Of a DNA stretch of 64,000 bases, positions 13,711 through 26,950 are shown piece after piece; position 1 is the stretch's first letter, and each line of letters opens with the position of its first letter. The notes below the pieces were generated by a model. That model made no database searches. It was not told where the DNA came from and saw nothing but the letters and a program-made list of their open reading frames with translations. The translations under genes and the position numbers were made by a program. This DNA is from Laetmonice hystrix (Eukaryota). The stretch covers positions 4,464,001 through 4,528,000 of the forward strand of contig OZ249451.1 of NCBI GenBank assembly GCA_965235115.1, written 5' to 3'.

Positions 13711-16700
13711 TGACGTCACGTGCAACAGATTCATTATTGTTGTCGGGAACATCCTGCTTGTTTCTGTTTGTTGGAGAGGAGACGGACTGCACTGTGCAGG
13801 GCGTGGACTTGGATTGTGCAGGAATGTTACGGTATTTGGCATTTATCCCAACAATACAACATGTATTGATAAAATCACTGATAAAAAAAAAATTATTGTG
13901 GTTACTTAATGATAGTGCTGAATAGAATTTCAAGTTTCTAGGCTGTACATGATGTACATGTAGGTTGCAATGATGAGTGATGGAGAAATTGTAAACAGCC
14001 CCATCGAAGTATGAGTTTCAGGTGCATCCCAAAAATGATCAAAGAGTCAAAAGATTATCTTGTGGTACCAAGTCGTTGGCTACATACAAGTTGTGAGGCC
14101 TGTCGTTAGTGTCAGTGATAGGCGCCAGGTGGCAGGGCTGAGTCCTTGGCTACCATCTCCAGCCCGTTCATGAGACATTGAGTGGTTTCCGATTGAAAGA
14201 GATATTAGTCATAAAAACAGAACCACAAAACAGTGGAGGTTTTGCAGATTTATTTAACTTGTCAGCAGTCATCGTGAAGTCCTGTCCATTCACCATGGCG
14301 AGCAGGAATGATGATGTTACCGAGTCGTTTAAACATGACACCCTAAGATCACAATTATTCTGCTATTGTCACGCTTCATAGAAGTGATATATTACTTACT
14401 CTACATTGCAGACACCCTGTATGATATATGTTATAATATTCGGGTATATTTTGTGATCTGCCTTGTATTAACTAACTCTGCAAAATACCTAGTCACTGCA
14501 TAATACCTAAAGTGTTAAGGTCATGCATATAAACATATATAGTGTCATATAAATATTCCTTTGTAAGATTAAATGCTAAGGAGTTAATGTTTAGCCTTTA
14601 TCAGGATACAGCAGTTTGTAGCAATTGTTTCTCGTACATTCTCGTACATACAGGAGAAATTCAAATATCTTTACCCTCATATGGAGCAATACTCTTACCT
14701 GCATTGAGAAAATGTCCTTACCAAGGTACCGGTTGAAAAAGTGCTCACTCTCATGGGCAAATTTGAATTCCAGAAACACCAAAGTGTGTTCAGTGTTCAT
14801 CAATGTTGATGAACGAATTGATTCTTTGTTACATTTTAACGTACACGTTTTCTTTTCAATGGTATGAGGGGCACAGGTTTGGCTTGAAAATATGGCTCCC
14901 ATGAAGGTTAGGGTCACTACCGCGGCAGAAACAACAGTGGCGCCGCCTAGCGTCATCCAAAAGAATCACACGGCTAATTTTCTATGCATGTTTTTATTAT
15001 GCATTATGCATAATAAACATGTGGCATATTGCATAATACATTTCTAAAAATAAAAACTGAGGGTCTTGAAAAGGAGGGATTTAGGGTCTGTTACTACGAA
15101 TTTTTTTCCTCTACAACACAAATTTATAACATGAATATTGTGACTTACTCCTGCGATATTGGACTCTACAAATTTCCGATAGTCATTTTCCAGATAACTC
15201 TGGAAACAGAGCGAGAGAAATATAAAACCGTGGACGTGGTCTCTCAGGAACCTAGCAGTTAGACTAAAGGTAGAATACGTGGACCTCTGCAGAAATAACC
15301 CAAACCCTACACATTTATATACATGTATTTCTAAAGTCATCCATGCTCACTTAGTCTGATGTCACTATAATGCTTCACCTTTTACATCCAAAGGTAGATA
15401 TGCATCATAACATGAATTCTTGCAACATTCTGCTCCTCAAGCTGCAGTTATTCTAGAAGTGCTTCACGTTTACAATTACATGAAAGCAAACGAAGCCAGG
15501 AGAATCGAGCGTAGAGTACTCTTCCAAACCAGCACTCAGATAGTTGTTGCTCAAGCATGCTTTCGCTTGCCGACAGTCGAATGGACCGTGGTCGACACTT
15601 CAGTCTAGTTAGAACTCACAGAGATAGTGTTATCCAATCAAGACAACTTCTAGTTTGTCATTGGGTAGCAACAGCGGCGTTATTGTTACCATGGGTTACC
15701 ATGTTACCATGGGTTACCATGTTACCATGGGTTACCATGTCACCATGGAAAACTTGGGTTGAGTCGAATTTATTAGGCAAACGAGGAACGCCACTTAAGT
15801 GGGTGTGTACATCTCGAATTATCTGTATTTGATGTAAATATCTTCTCTTTGGCACGCCGAGTTTGAGGTGATGCTAATCTGCAGGCTTAGCCACCAGTAT
15901 TAGAGGATGTGTGATACGTACTGTATATTTTGATTTTGCCATATACAAATAATGTTCACCATTAAGTACATGTTTGATGTAGATCGGTCTATGTTCATTC
16001 CTATGTCTGGGGATCCTGAAGAAATCCTGGCACACACTAGCTAGTCAGTTTTCGGAACGGACCTTTTTGAACATGTAATTTACTGAAGATCCATTCTGTA
16101 TTATTATGTTCGTAAAGATTCTTGACTGATTATCGCAGACAGAATCGGTTCTGAGTAGCCGGTATATTTATAATATACATCTCACTGCAGAGGTGTCTCT
16201 GGGTGGGGATCTAGGGAGCATACAGGGTTGCACCCGATTCCTTTTTTATCGGAATCGTGCCAAAGGGTAAAGATTTTCGATAACTATGGCAGCAGAAAGT
16301 TAGAATTTAGATCATGAAATGACTGCATATCTCGACAGAAAAGTTCTTTCTTCATCTAGGACCCTAGAATGTAACTTATTAGTATAAAGAAGGTAAGGAA
16401 TACCGAAAGGAAGGATAGAGGCATAGCTTTAGCATTGTAGCTTTTCTACAAAAGAGAATATCGACGAGATATTATGACAGATATCAAGGTATTTAAAGTC
16501 CTCGATAAAAAATCCGCAGAAAAAAAACCGCAGAGTACTTTTGGTGAACATTACGATGTACTTTAATGCAGTGGCGGCGCATGGGGTCGGGGGTGGGGGG
16601 TGCAAATCACGCCCAAGAGATTTGCCCCCCCCCCGTTTCCCGTAGTTTCGATCTTCAAAAGTGTAGGGGCGGACGTCTTTACCCCCCGAGATCTTTTGTA

Positions 16701-16886
16701 ACGCTGTCACTACCTGTCCTCATGATATCGGGTTGAAAGCTTGGGGACCTATGGAGGGCACGGCATGTCGTTATCGATCGATATTATTCCATGATTGTTA
16801 ATATTAAGACGTGTGTATTGGGCGTGGCGTTACAGGTATTTGTATGTACATTGAACAGTCAGCAAGGAGACGATATATCTTGTACA

Positions 16887-17013
16887 CCAGGGCCCAGTAA
16901 AGATCTTTCTTAGGCTTAACGCTTCTGATTGGCTGGTCTGAGCAGGCCAGCCAATCAGAAACGTTAAGATTAAGCTTAAGCAAGATCTTAAGTTTTTACG
17001 AACTGGGCCTTGG
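16887..17013. mobile_element. Small palindromic MITE-like element
   Basis: Ends CCAGGGCCCAGT / ACTGGGCCTTGG; internal inverted repeat TTCTGATTGGCTGG...CCAGCCAATCAGAA. Confidence 0.5.
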
Positions 17014-17715
17014 TCTTTTACACATTCTTTAAACCTCTCACACCCAGAGCTTCATGACCCAATAATCTCACGTTTACAGGTACCATAGCCTTTAAAACGA
17101 AACTATATTATTATTCCTCGTATCTTGGCTTGGCACTGAACAAATATGCATATAACTGTGTATTGCATGTTGATGTGTTAATTGTCTGTGTAAATGGGAA
17201 AAATAGGCAATCCTTTAAATTTATGGATTCTTAATGTACGTATTTATTGAGGAGATCTAGGCGCATGTGTAATAGGTTGTACTTTACGTCGTACGAACAT
17301 GGCCAATCCTGTCAATGTAAGGGCAGCCTGGGTTCACAAATCTGTCCTCTGGAGGAATGGCGATCATTAAAACAACAGGTGGCGCCACCAACCTACCTGT
17401 TCTCTAATGCTGCAGCATTGACGGAAAATCCAGATTTGGAATTTGCATAAAGTTGATTGTATTTCTCTTGTAGCATTTGGTAAGATCTATGTTAAGCCTA
17501 CAGAACTTAAAGTAATCATTTTACTCCGTCGTTTTCAAGACAAGCGATAGCGTCATGAAATGTGACCTAGGTCTCCTTCCTGGCAGTTTTCTGCAGGATT
17601 ATGTTATTAGATTAATGGGATGAATGCTGCTACACCAGACCACGTTTGATATTGTTCACAGTTAGTAGTGATATCTTTGAATTGTTCTGTCGGGCAATAC
17701 GTAGGCCTATGTTTA

Positions 17716-17910
17716 AACCCGGGTTTCCATGTGTACGTTTCCATAATCCGTTTCCAATTCGATCGTTTCTGCCTGTTTCCTGTAGGCGCGTTTCCATTGT
17801 GTACAATCCGACTATACGAAACATACACATTAAAACGCTCCCATAGGAAACAGGCATAAACTATCGAATCGGAAACTGATAACAGAAACGTACCCATGGA
17901 AACGCAGGTT
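17716..17910. mobile_element. Fold-back MITE with TA flanks (Tc1/mariner-like)
   Basis: Inverted termini AACCCGGGTTTCCATGTGTACGTTTC / GAAACGTACCCATGGAAACGCAGGTT, with further internal inverted similarity (TGCCTGTTTCCT / AGGAAACAGGCA). TA at 17714-17715 and 17911-17912. Confidence 0.6.
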
Positions 17911-19553
17911 TAGATTGCCACTTGTAGCAAAAGGCGGCACGTAACGTAAGATAACGTAACGGTGTAATTGCAGAAGGATGAAGATCTGACAAAGATGCGG
18001 CAGCTATTTTGCCCCTTTGGGAAGAAAACTTGTACCCATCTTATTTTGAGACTTATTTCCTTATTTTCGGCCAAATGAGTCTTTTCAGTGATGGGTGGGA
18101 GGAAATGTGTCTGACCTTTAGGAGTCCTACAAAATCTTTGATGGGATAATATTTGACGTTGTAAAGGTTCTGAAGATGAAGCACCATGATGATGTAGACG
18201 GTAGATCACGTTGTAAGTAAAGATATATGAAGCAGCAGAGCGTCAGGTCGGAGGTAGAATCGTATATTTATGGCTGTAAGAAATGGGGTCACACTAGAAT
18301 AAGAGCGGCAAGTTAAAAGTTGGTAGCTCATGATGATAACCCGACTGTTGATCTGTTGTGTTTGGTCTGGAATCGTTGTCCGTATTACCGAATTTGTTGC
18401 ATGTAAATAAAGGAAATAGTGAATTTCAGCTGTTTTCATGTCTAGACTTCTTGCTTCTTTAATACGCAGGAGTCCCTACATTTATACGCAATGTTGCATT
18501 AAAAAGGGAAGGAACAACGTTCTAAGTCCTTTTATACCAAAATTAGGAGTTTTAACTCCTACGCAAAGCCCCAGGTTAGAAGGTTGTCCTGAGAACGCCG
18601 GCCGACCCCCGTGTCGTCAAACAGGCCAACCCGTCAGCCGGATGTCGTCGAGTGCCCGGTCGATCGCCCCCCGCGGGAGCCGTGGTAGAAGAAGCGACGC
18701 GGCTGTTAACGACCAGATAACCTCGTTTCCTCGTCCTTCCTGTCATTGTGTCGTTACACCATATCAAGATCGAACTGTTCCCATGGTGACGGGATTGCGT
18801 CGTCATGATGAGCGTCCGTCAATCTCATGATTTGGGCATCGCGCGATAACTATACACGACGGAAGGAGTCAACGCCCGCGTCCAGCATTGTCGAAAATTA
18901 GCTTCAATGAGAGGGGACAAAAAGTCTTGAGTTTGTGTAATGTGTGAATTTAAATAAACGTAGTGAGGGATGAATGTTGAACATGATCTAGGAACAGGAT
19001 TAATTCTATTCCTATTCCATAAATGAAAAAAAAGAAATAGAAAGAATGTAGACAAAGTAAGGAAGAAAAATAAAAGCTGCAAAATCAAAAGAATGTTGAG
19101 AGGGGACAGTCTATTCAATAAAATTATCATGGAAGCAGTGCCCCCTGAACTCCATTTCCTCCGCCTAAGTAACAGACCTATAGGCCCACAGTCAATCTGT
19201 GGCTTAGGGCTGGGCATTTCAGCCCCTAATGTGCTTTCAGAATGAGTTGTGGACCACCGAGGAAGGCCTTCGATGACACGATGATGGGTATGAATATACC
19301 CATGTGTTTCTCGATAAGGAATAGGGTGGGCATAAATTCTTACGTCTCATCAGGTGACCTTGCTCTGTATGTGCACAGACGCCACTGGTCTTCAGAGTCC
19401 ATAGACACTGCAGGCCTCTGTGATTGAATTGAGATCTCTCAAACAAGTTTCTGAAGAATAGCAAAAGATTTAACTTCAATTACTGGAACGACGCCTCCTC
19501 CTACTTCTCGCTTCGATCGATCGGTGCAGATCCACAGTTGCTGCCATTGCCTC

Positions 19554-19606
19554 GCTGCTACTGCTGCTGCTGCTGCTGCTGCTTGCTGCAGCAACTGCTG
19601 CTGCTG
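19554..19606. repeat. (CTG)n microsatellite
   Basis: Directly visible imperfect CTG run. Confidence 0.85.
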
Positions 19607-21917
19607 GCACGCCAGCGTCTCCAGGGCGTGCAACAGAAGCGAGGCGAGTCGTGAACGTGGACATAGCGACCGTCGACAGGTTGATGCCCGAGTCGTGGAT
19701 CCCACAGGGCTGACTTCACCGCCACCTTCCCGCTCAAACACTCGCCAACTTATCGGAAACGCATGAATGAATGTGAGGAATCGTATCACCGCAAAAAGTC
19801 TGCAGGAATAAAGCTGCGAGTAGTTTATACCTTAAAGGAAGCACACGTGTTTGGGGCAACTGTCAGTAGTCTATCAACGCCTTGAAATACCCTCGAGAAA
19901 CGCTTGAGGGTTGGAAAAGGTGACCCGACAGTCATGTACGGCAGTGACGTGTTCAAGGACAGCTCTCCTCGTTGAACACAGGTGAGTTTTTAATCATAAA
20001 TCAGCGTTCTCTGGTTGTTTGACTGTAAACCTACATGTTGCTTGCTGATAACAAAAACAGGGTCCATATACATGTACACTGTAGCGCTGATGTATTCTGT
20101 CTGCAGATTCACCTCGCATTTTGTCACTCCACATTTTGAGAACATAGGCCTACGGTTGTCCATCTTATACTTTTCTTGACGCAGTAGCCTATGAGGAGGA
20201 AAGTTCAGTAGAAAACAATAAAGTGATGTATAGGCCTAATATGTATTAATATGTATTAATAGGCCTAGGCCTATTACTACATATTATGTATTATATATAG
20301 GCCTACTGATATACTGTATTCTGATTTTAAGGTCATGGTGTTACTTTAGGTGTTTCTTAACATTTCACGAGTCGTGTGTTATAATAAATCTGGATCAAAT
20401 GGATCCCATCAAAACGGATGTGAAGCTCAGGCAAGTCTGGCATCTACTGGGATCTTCAAGATGCAGTTTCTTGCAGTTTCTCTCGCCTTACGAAGAGAAT
20501 AGGTGGAGGCATACTATACTACTGCCTCTATTCTCGTCTTGTCTTGTCTTGCTTTTAACAGTAATCGACCTTGAATTCTTGACGTTGCGTCCAGTCTCTA
20601 CCAGTCCATTGCATTTCTAATATAGAAACGCCACAGAATCAGTAGAAGCAAAAACCCCCAAATATCAACGCCGAAAGTATACAATAATATTGTCGCGTTC
20701 CTACCAACAATACGGCGGTGTAAATAGCATGGTGGAGCTGGAGCGGCACGCTTGCAGGCAATGGTGGGGGCTTGCAGGCCTTGCTGATTGGATTCCGGCA
20801 GCTGTAGGGGGCATGCAGGTCAGGTAGGTAGTCAGTTTGGGTTGCCTTCATCAGTTGCTGCCATCTTCGTTACAGGGGAGGCAGTGGTGGAGGGGATTGA
20901 TCCCATGGTATACCTCCATGAAATTTGGTGGTCAGAACTAAAATTCTATCATTCTTTCTGTAGCCCGAAACCTGACACTATCCCCCAGGCCCGGCCGCGA
21001 AAAATTTCGCGGCCCGGCCTCCTCAAATACAAATAGCAGACTGAGCGATACCAATTTTGGATGGCAGAGATAGTGTTAGAGTGGGTAGTGTTAGAGTGGG
21101 TAGAGGGTGGAGGATTATAAAAGGTTTTCAATACGTCATCACGTGGTGCCGAGTTCTACGTCAGATGCCTGCTGTCTTCTGATAACGCCACTTGCTCGAT
21201 GGATTGGAAAGATATAGCAATAGAGCGAAGCATCAGGCTCCCGTTTTTTTTATGTAGAGCACGATTAAACTCCCCATTGTAGCAATACTTACCCCGTGGA
21301 TGACTTAGGTGGCATCTAGTCTCAGTCATAAACCTTGCATTAAGAGCGTTCAAAAAGTTCATGGCCAATCGGGGGAGGGAGGCCAAATTAAAATGTGCGC
21401 TGGTAGGCGATTGCCCAGCACAGGCCTAAATGTCAGATAGCTTCACGATTGAGTTGGGATGACTCGGAAATATCGATTTAAGCTGCCTACAAATAATAAA
21501 TTGGATCGATTTCAGAGGCGTTTTATGATGCGATGCAATGACGTGCAATGCTGAGAGACAGTCACATTGAGGGGATGACCTACACACAACCTTGCATGGG
21601 TTCAAGGAGTTGGTAAGGCTCTGTATCCAGACAAGGCAGTCACAAAGCCAGCCCGTCCGCTCTCCGGACCCCTGGCCCCCTTTTTTGTTTTATCGAACAC
21701 GTAAAACTTCTGATCTGGCAATAATACTGGTGATGCTCAATCGCGGGCCTAACACCGACTAATAGTAATCTGATGAGCTGGCATGTCCCTGCAGGAGAAA
21801 AGGCACGAGAAAGAGAAGAACAAAAGGCGGCGATAGACCTATACCAGGCAATCGAAAGTGTCAAAACTAATGTCTGTGTGGAGTGCCTCCAGATACATGT
21901 TGTATGCATGCTCTATA

Positions 21918-22035
21918 GGCAGGAGCAGCAGCAGGAGCAGGAGCAGGAGCAGGAGCACCCTGGAGCAGCAGCAGTAGGAGCAGGAGCAGCAGGAGCAGCA
22001 GGAGCAGTAGCAATAGGAGCAGGAGCAACAGGAGT

Positions 22036-22088
<53 letters not shown>

Positions 22089-22110
22089 CAACAACAGCAA
22101 CAACAACAGG
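21918..22110. repeat. Compound (CAG/GAG/CAA)n trinucleotide microsatellite
   Basis: GCAGGA- and GCA-type runs that generate the low-complexity ORFs in the track. Confidence 0.9.
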
Positions 22111-23874
22111 GTGATTTTAAGGGGGCCACACTCACCTTTTTTTGAGACTGACTTTTAAATAACTCGTCAATCATGGATTTTAACTTTAGCAGAGGCGCAT
22201 TTCGGAAATGTTTCCTGCCAGACAAGGTCACTCATCTTGGCGTACTGTTGCATTCCTTAGCCTTAAAGACGGTATTGTCGCTGCTCCCTCTACTTTGAGA
22301 CGCCATGGATGTCACCCACATTGACCCGACAGGCCGGGGCTAAAATTGGTCCTGCGCGTTCCTTCAGTTGACTCCTACATATCCGCCATCTCACTTAGAA
22401 CAAACCCACTAACTGGGCATGGGGGTGAATAATGAAGATTGGTGGTCTCCATGGTAACACGAGGGTTGGGGTAGAACTAAAAATCTACCACTATTCCTAA
22501 CCCCAAACCTAACCCCTCAACTTCCCGTTCTACCTGCACGGTAGTATAGAGACGGATACTCTGTCTACGTTCTACCCTGCCCTACCCCAAACTACTGAAT
22601 CCGATTCCATGGGGATGTAACCATAGGGACAACGCAGAAACGTTCATTATACGAACTCATTGATCAAACTTTACAGCTAATTGTTACCGGTCGATAGAGT
22701 ACAGTCCCCTCTAACTTTACTTCTAATCACAATTAATCATTACTTTGTAAACAGTAAGTGTGTCTGCCACTTTGTCATATTCAAACAATTTTACTCAAAT
22801 TATCCTTTAGATGATAATTACCACCATTTCTAATTGGAAACGACTTGGATAGTCGGCGGTGACGGCAAACGCTGTATTGATGGGCGCATCCAAATATAGA
22901 CCTGAAAGAATAAAAATTACATTCAAGCGCAGAAAAAGACGCTTTGATGCAAGCTCTTATCTCTATGAATGCCTCAAGTACCGAAAAGCTACCCGTGTCA
23001 TCATTCTATCATTATTCCAATTCCGAATTCTCCTTCTTTTCCCCGTGGAAATAATCATGTTATTGGATAACCGGTGCAAATGCCGTTCGGTCTAACTCCT
23101 GCATGGCGTCTGCATAAAGTGCGTCTTCTAACTCTTGCAGAAATCGAATATAATCAGAATCCGTACAACGACCACAACGTTTCGAGTAGGCCTACGACAC
23201 TCAAACAATCTGACCACCATTTTATTTACGCTATCGATGTATCTCCACAAAATTATGGCAAGAACTAAACGAAATCTATGAATATTCAAGCGTCTAATCT
23301 GCATGACCAGTCCGGTTATCCCAACCCGTTAATTCTCCCTCCCCGGAATTAGAAAGAATGTCCAGGTTGGGCCCTCACCATTTCGTTATTCCTGTTTATT
23401 GAGGCCAGTTTTTACGGAACCAACATCTGCAGAAATATTGCCACCTTAACACACTGTGTGTCCTGTATAAACGTGGCATCAACGCTGTGTTACAGTTCCG
23501 GTCACACCGGACTGAACATTTCGTTATGCAGGACCCAAAAACCAATGACACAATTGGAGTGGCGGATACAACAAAACAAGAAGTCCTCCTCCTTTTTATT
23601 CGTTCAGACAAAAAAAAAATCACCAAGTGCCTTTCACTCGACCAAGTGCTACTGAGCATAAAGTGATTTACTAACCTTTTATAAGCTGGAAGGGTTATTA
23701 CCCCCATAGTAGCCTTCCCATGAAGGCGAAGATATGGGGTTGCGGGGGTAGGGATAGAGAGATAGGTTTTGGGAAGGTCTGCATGAAGATCGACATTATG
23801 GGGTTAGGTTTGGAGCTGGCTATATTGATCGATTTTGCATACATATTCTGTGGAGATGCTACACTGGGGGATCT

Positions 23875-24126
23875 GCTGGTAGAAGACCATAGCTAACTCA
23901 ACCTCAGCTGGTAGAAGACCATAGCTAACTCAACCTCAGCTGGTAGAAGACCATAGCTAACTCAACCTCGGCTGGTAGAAGACCATAGCTAACTCAACCT
24001 CGGCTGGTAGAAGACCATAGCTAACTCAACCTCGGCTGGTAGAAGACCATAGCTAACTCAACCTCGGCTGGTAGAAGACCATAGCTAACTCAACCTCAGC
24101 TGGTAGAAGACCATAGCTAACCCAAC
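23875..24126. repeat. 32-bp minisatellite, about 8 copies
   Basis: Unit GCTGGTAGAAGACCATAGCTAACTCAACCTC(A/G). Confidence 0.95.
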
Positions 24127-25704
24127 AGGAGTGCCATCGAACCGCCCCTGACTTCACCCTCGACCCTGAACTCCCACGCCATCCCACGTTCGACAAATCA
24201 GCACAATTTTCGTTCCCTTTTTTCCTGAAGCCAAACTGACAGCCCATCTCTCCGCGCTCGCCAGGCCCAATTACTGGCCCAGAGAACTGCCCAAGGCCTG
24301 GATCGTCCCGGCCGGCTGGGGTGACCCTGGGCAGCAGTTGTAGAAACCTATATTTATTATGTCGGGAGATGTATAGGCGTGAGAGCAATGGGGAATTGTA
24401 GCCGGGAGCAAGGGCAAGGTATTCTTCGAGTGATTGCCTTTGTAAAAGGTCGTATTATCGCCCACAACAACTTTTTGTGAATTATGCCTTTGTGTTTCAG
24501 AAGTCTGTCCCTGAGGCAAAATGAATACACAAGGAGGTAACCGGGTATATAGCTTACTTGAAGTACCACAACAGTCTCACATTATTAGGTTAAATAAACC
24601 GTAAAATCTTTCAAACCATTTAAAAAGAATTTTAAGACTCTAGAAATAGAGAAGAAAGTGTTCCAGACAAAAAACTAAATTAGTATAATTCGTAGGAAGG
24701 AAAACAAACAGCTTCTTTACGTCCTAATAATTATATATAAATAGAAATGAGAATATGTTGGGTTTTTTTTTGGCAATAGCAGTCGTAGTTAATTTCGCGC
24801 TCATTAGTCGATGTGTCCTGGAACTGTTTAGCAATAAAAGAATGTAAAAGCCTTATCTTTCTGCCGATCCTAAAATACAATTGAGGCATTAATTGTATCC
24901 ACCATAGTTAATTGGTTAGGCATATTGGTACAATAATATTATCTTATCTGATAGTGCCCCCACGTTTAAGAAAAATTTTCCTCTAAGTCGGCCCGATTTA
25001 CTGAATATTCCTACATTCCGTTAAAGGTAAACTGACAAAAAAAAAATTGGCGAACACATTTGTATGCTACTTGGAGTCCTAAAGTATAGAATACTACCAC
25101 TAATTATTTCATTTGGTATATTTTCTTGCGAAATTTGGGGGAAAATCGGGTAGCCTGTCGGTTTTTTTGGTCATCAGTCGCAAGAAAACGATGATTATTC
25201 ATAATTTAGGGTAGAGGATAACTATGTTATCTGCGATATATGTTGACCAGCAACCAGATGCATGGTCATATAAGAAGTAGAAGAATGTTTGACTACTTTC
25301 TGCAAATTATTGTGTTTAAACTTTCTTTTAAACGTCCCTTTCCTCAGGTTTGTATAGAGAAAGACAAGATAAATATTTACAAACAGGAGGCTACCACGAG
25401 ATTTTTTTATGGGTATATTTTCTTCACTTGCCTCTCATAGAGAATGCCCCTGATCAGAATCTATAATGAGGGTTCCTAATGACAAATGAGGCCCGCCATA
25501 TGTATTGTTAGCTGATTAATCTGCTCCAGCGCCGGCACCTCCTCCTCCTCGTCCTCCTGCTGTTAGCGAATTGATTGTTGCAGGCAGGAAGTGGCGGCCT
25601 GACCACAGGCATACATAAGATATAATTGAACACTGACGTCAAATGTAGATTGCTTGGTAGAAACTCTGGTTGAAAAATGACCCGATTTATGAGAGAGGAA
25701 AAGA

Positions 25705-25852
25705 NNNNNNNNNNNNNNNNNNNNNNNNNNNNNNNNNNNNNNNNNNNNNNNNNNNNNNNNNNNNNNNNNNNNNNNNNNNNNNNNNNNNNNNNNNNNNNNN
25801 NNNNNNNNNNNNNNNNNNNNNNNNNNNNNNNNNNNNNNNNNNNNNNNNNNNN
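25705..25852. other. Assembly gap (N run)
   Basis: 148 N. Confidence 0.99.
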
Positions 25853-26950
25853 AAAAATGAGTACAAGAATCAGGTTCTATCGGACTCTATCCAACGGGTA
25901 CTCCTATTTCGTTTGGGACGTGATGAGCAAGCTCAAGATTGAACGTGATTTTCCTATGAATGACCATACAATCCCGTATTTCCCAAAAGGTTATTTTGTA
26001 TACCTATTCATTTTGTTCGAGAGGCCGCTCACAAAAATTCCATGAGTATTTGTGAGTATATTCGGCAATGTAAGATCAACTGGCCGAGTAGTATCTCTCA
26101 GACTTTGGTGCCTTTTTCCTCACAAAAGTTCGCCCACTGTGGATCTGAGGGCTTCAATTACGATCTTTGTGTGATCACTAGTCCAGGGTGACCTTCACCT
26201 CTTGTGGAGATCAACAGGAATGATCCTATCTGGAAGCTGATGCTGCTTCTGTCCTATAGACATCCGCCCATTGACTGACCTTTTTGGGGTCACTATGGTT
26301 GGCGCGCGGAGTGATCTATCTTCAAGGTCACAACAGTAGTCAACTGATGAGATGAATGACCTAGTTTTAGGGTGACTATAGCCGACTGAAGCCGATGCCT
26401 GTCGACATCTTCCTGGACAGGGGAGCACCCGACCACTATTTTCCCTAGATGGGCTCCCCTATACCGGATGTCGTTGTTTACAATGAAGTGAGCCTGTGTT
26501 TTCCCAAAGGGCTTCAAAGGCAGATTAGGGACGCCGAACGGGACGCGATGGATCTTGATTTTGAGGGGTTTAATGATATTATTTAACACCACCAGGCTTA
26601 GTTAGGCCAGGCTTCTTTTGGGTTTCTTTTTAGTGAAATAGTGACCGGGAGCTAGTAATGACAAGAAAAGAAACGATTTAATCTGGGAAATGGTCGTGAC
26701 TAAACGTATCATTAAGGATATAACACCTCTAATATCAGGATCGATAACTGAAACACGATTGCCGCCTGGAAGATAGATCATGTACAGACAGCATGGAGTT
26801 GGATCCTATATAGAAACTAGCACGTTACAGAAATGACCTTCACCTTGAGCGTGTGAAAAAAAGCTGCGGATGATGTACAGAACCGCATCCGCCAGGCTCG
26901 ATCGATATGATAGGCTAGCGTCTATAAATTAATGATACAGACCTGGTTAC

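Noticed and set aside
15684-15752. GTTACCATGG repeats resembling RFX X-boxes
   Set aside because: Similar words occur throughout the window (18777, 22445, 55203) and no adjacent gene is evident; best explained as a short tandem repeat.
16160-16260. Possible Pol III small RNA (TATA-like, hairpins, T6)
   Set aside because: No match to any snRNA, snoRNA, vault or Y RNA motif I can recognise, and the T run sits inside another small inverted repeat.
21773-22231. Poly-Ala, poly-Cys and poly-Leu ORFs
   Set aside because: Products of a trinucleotide microsatellite, with no splice or homology support.
23772-23781. GGAAGGTCTG, resembling the RNase P/MRP conserved region I
   Set aside because: The flanking residues and the downstream CR-V partner were not found.
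26397-26586. Broken frame ending DLDFEGFNDII, reminiscent of transposase C-termini
   Set aside because: Too short, interrupted by a stop, and without a catalytic motif.
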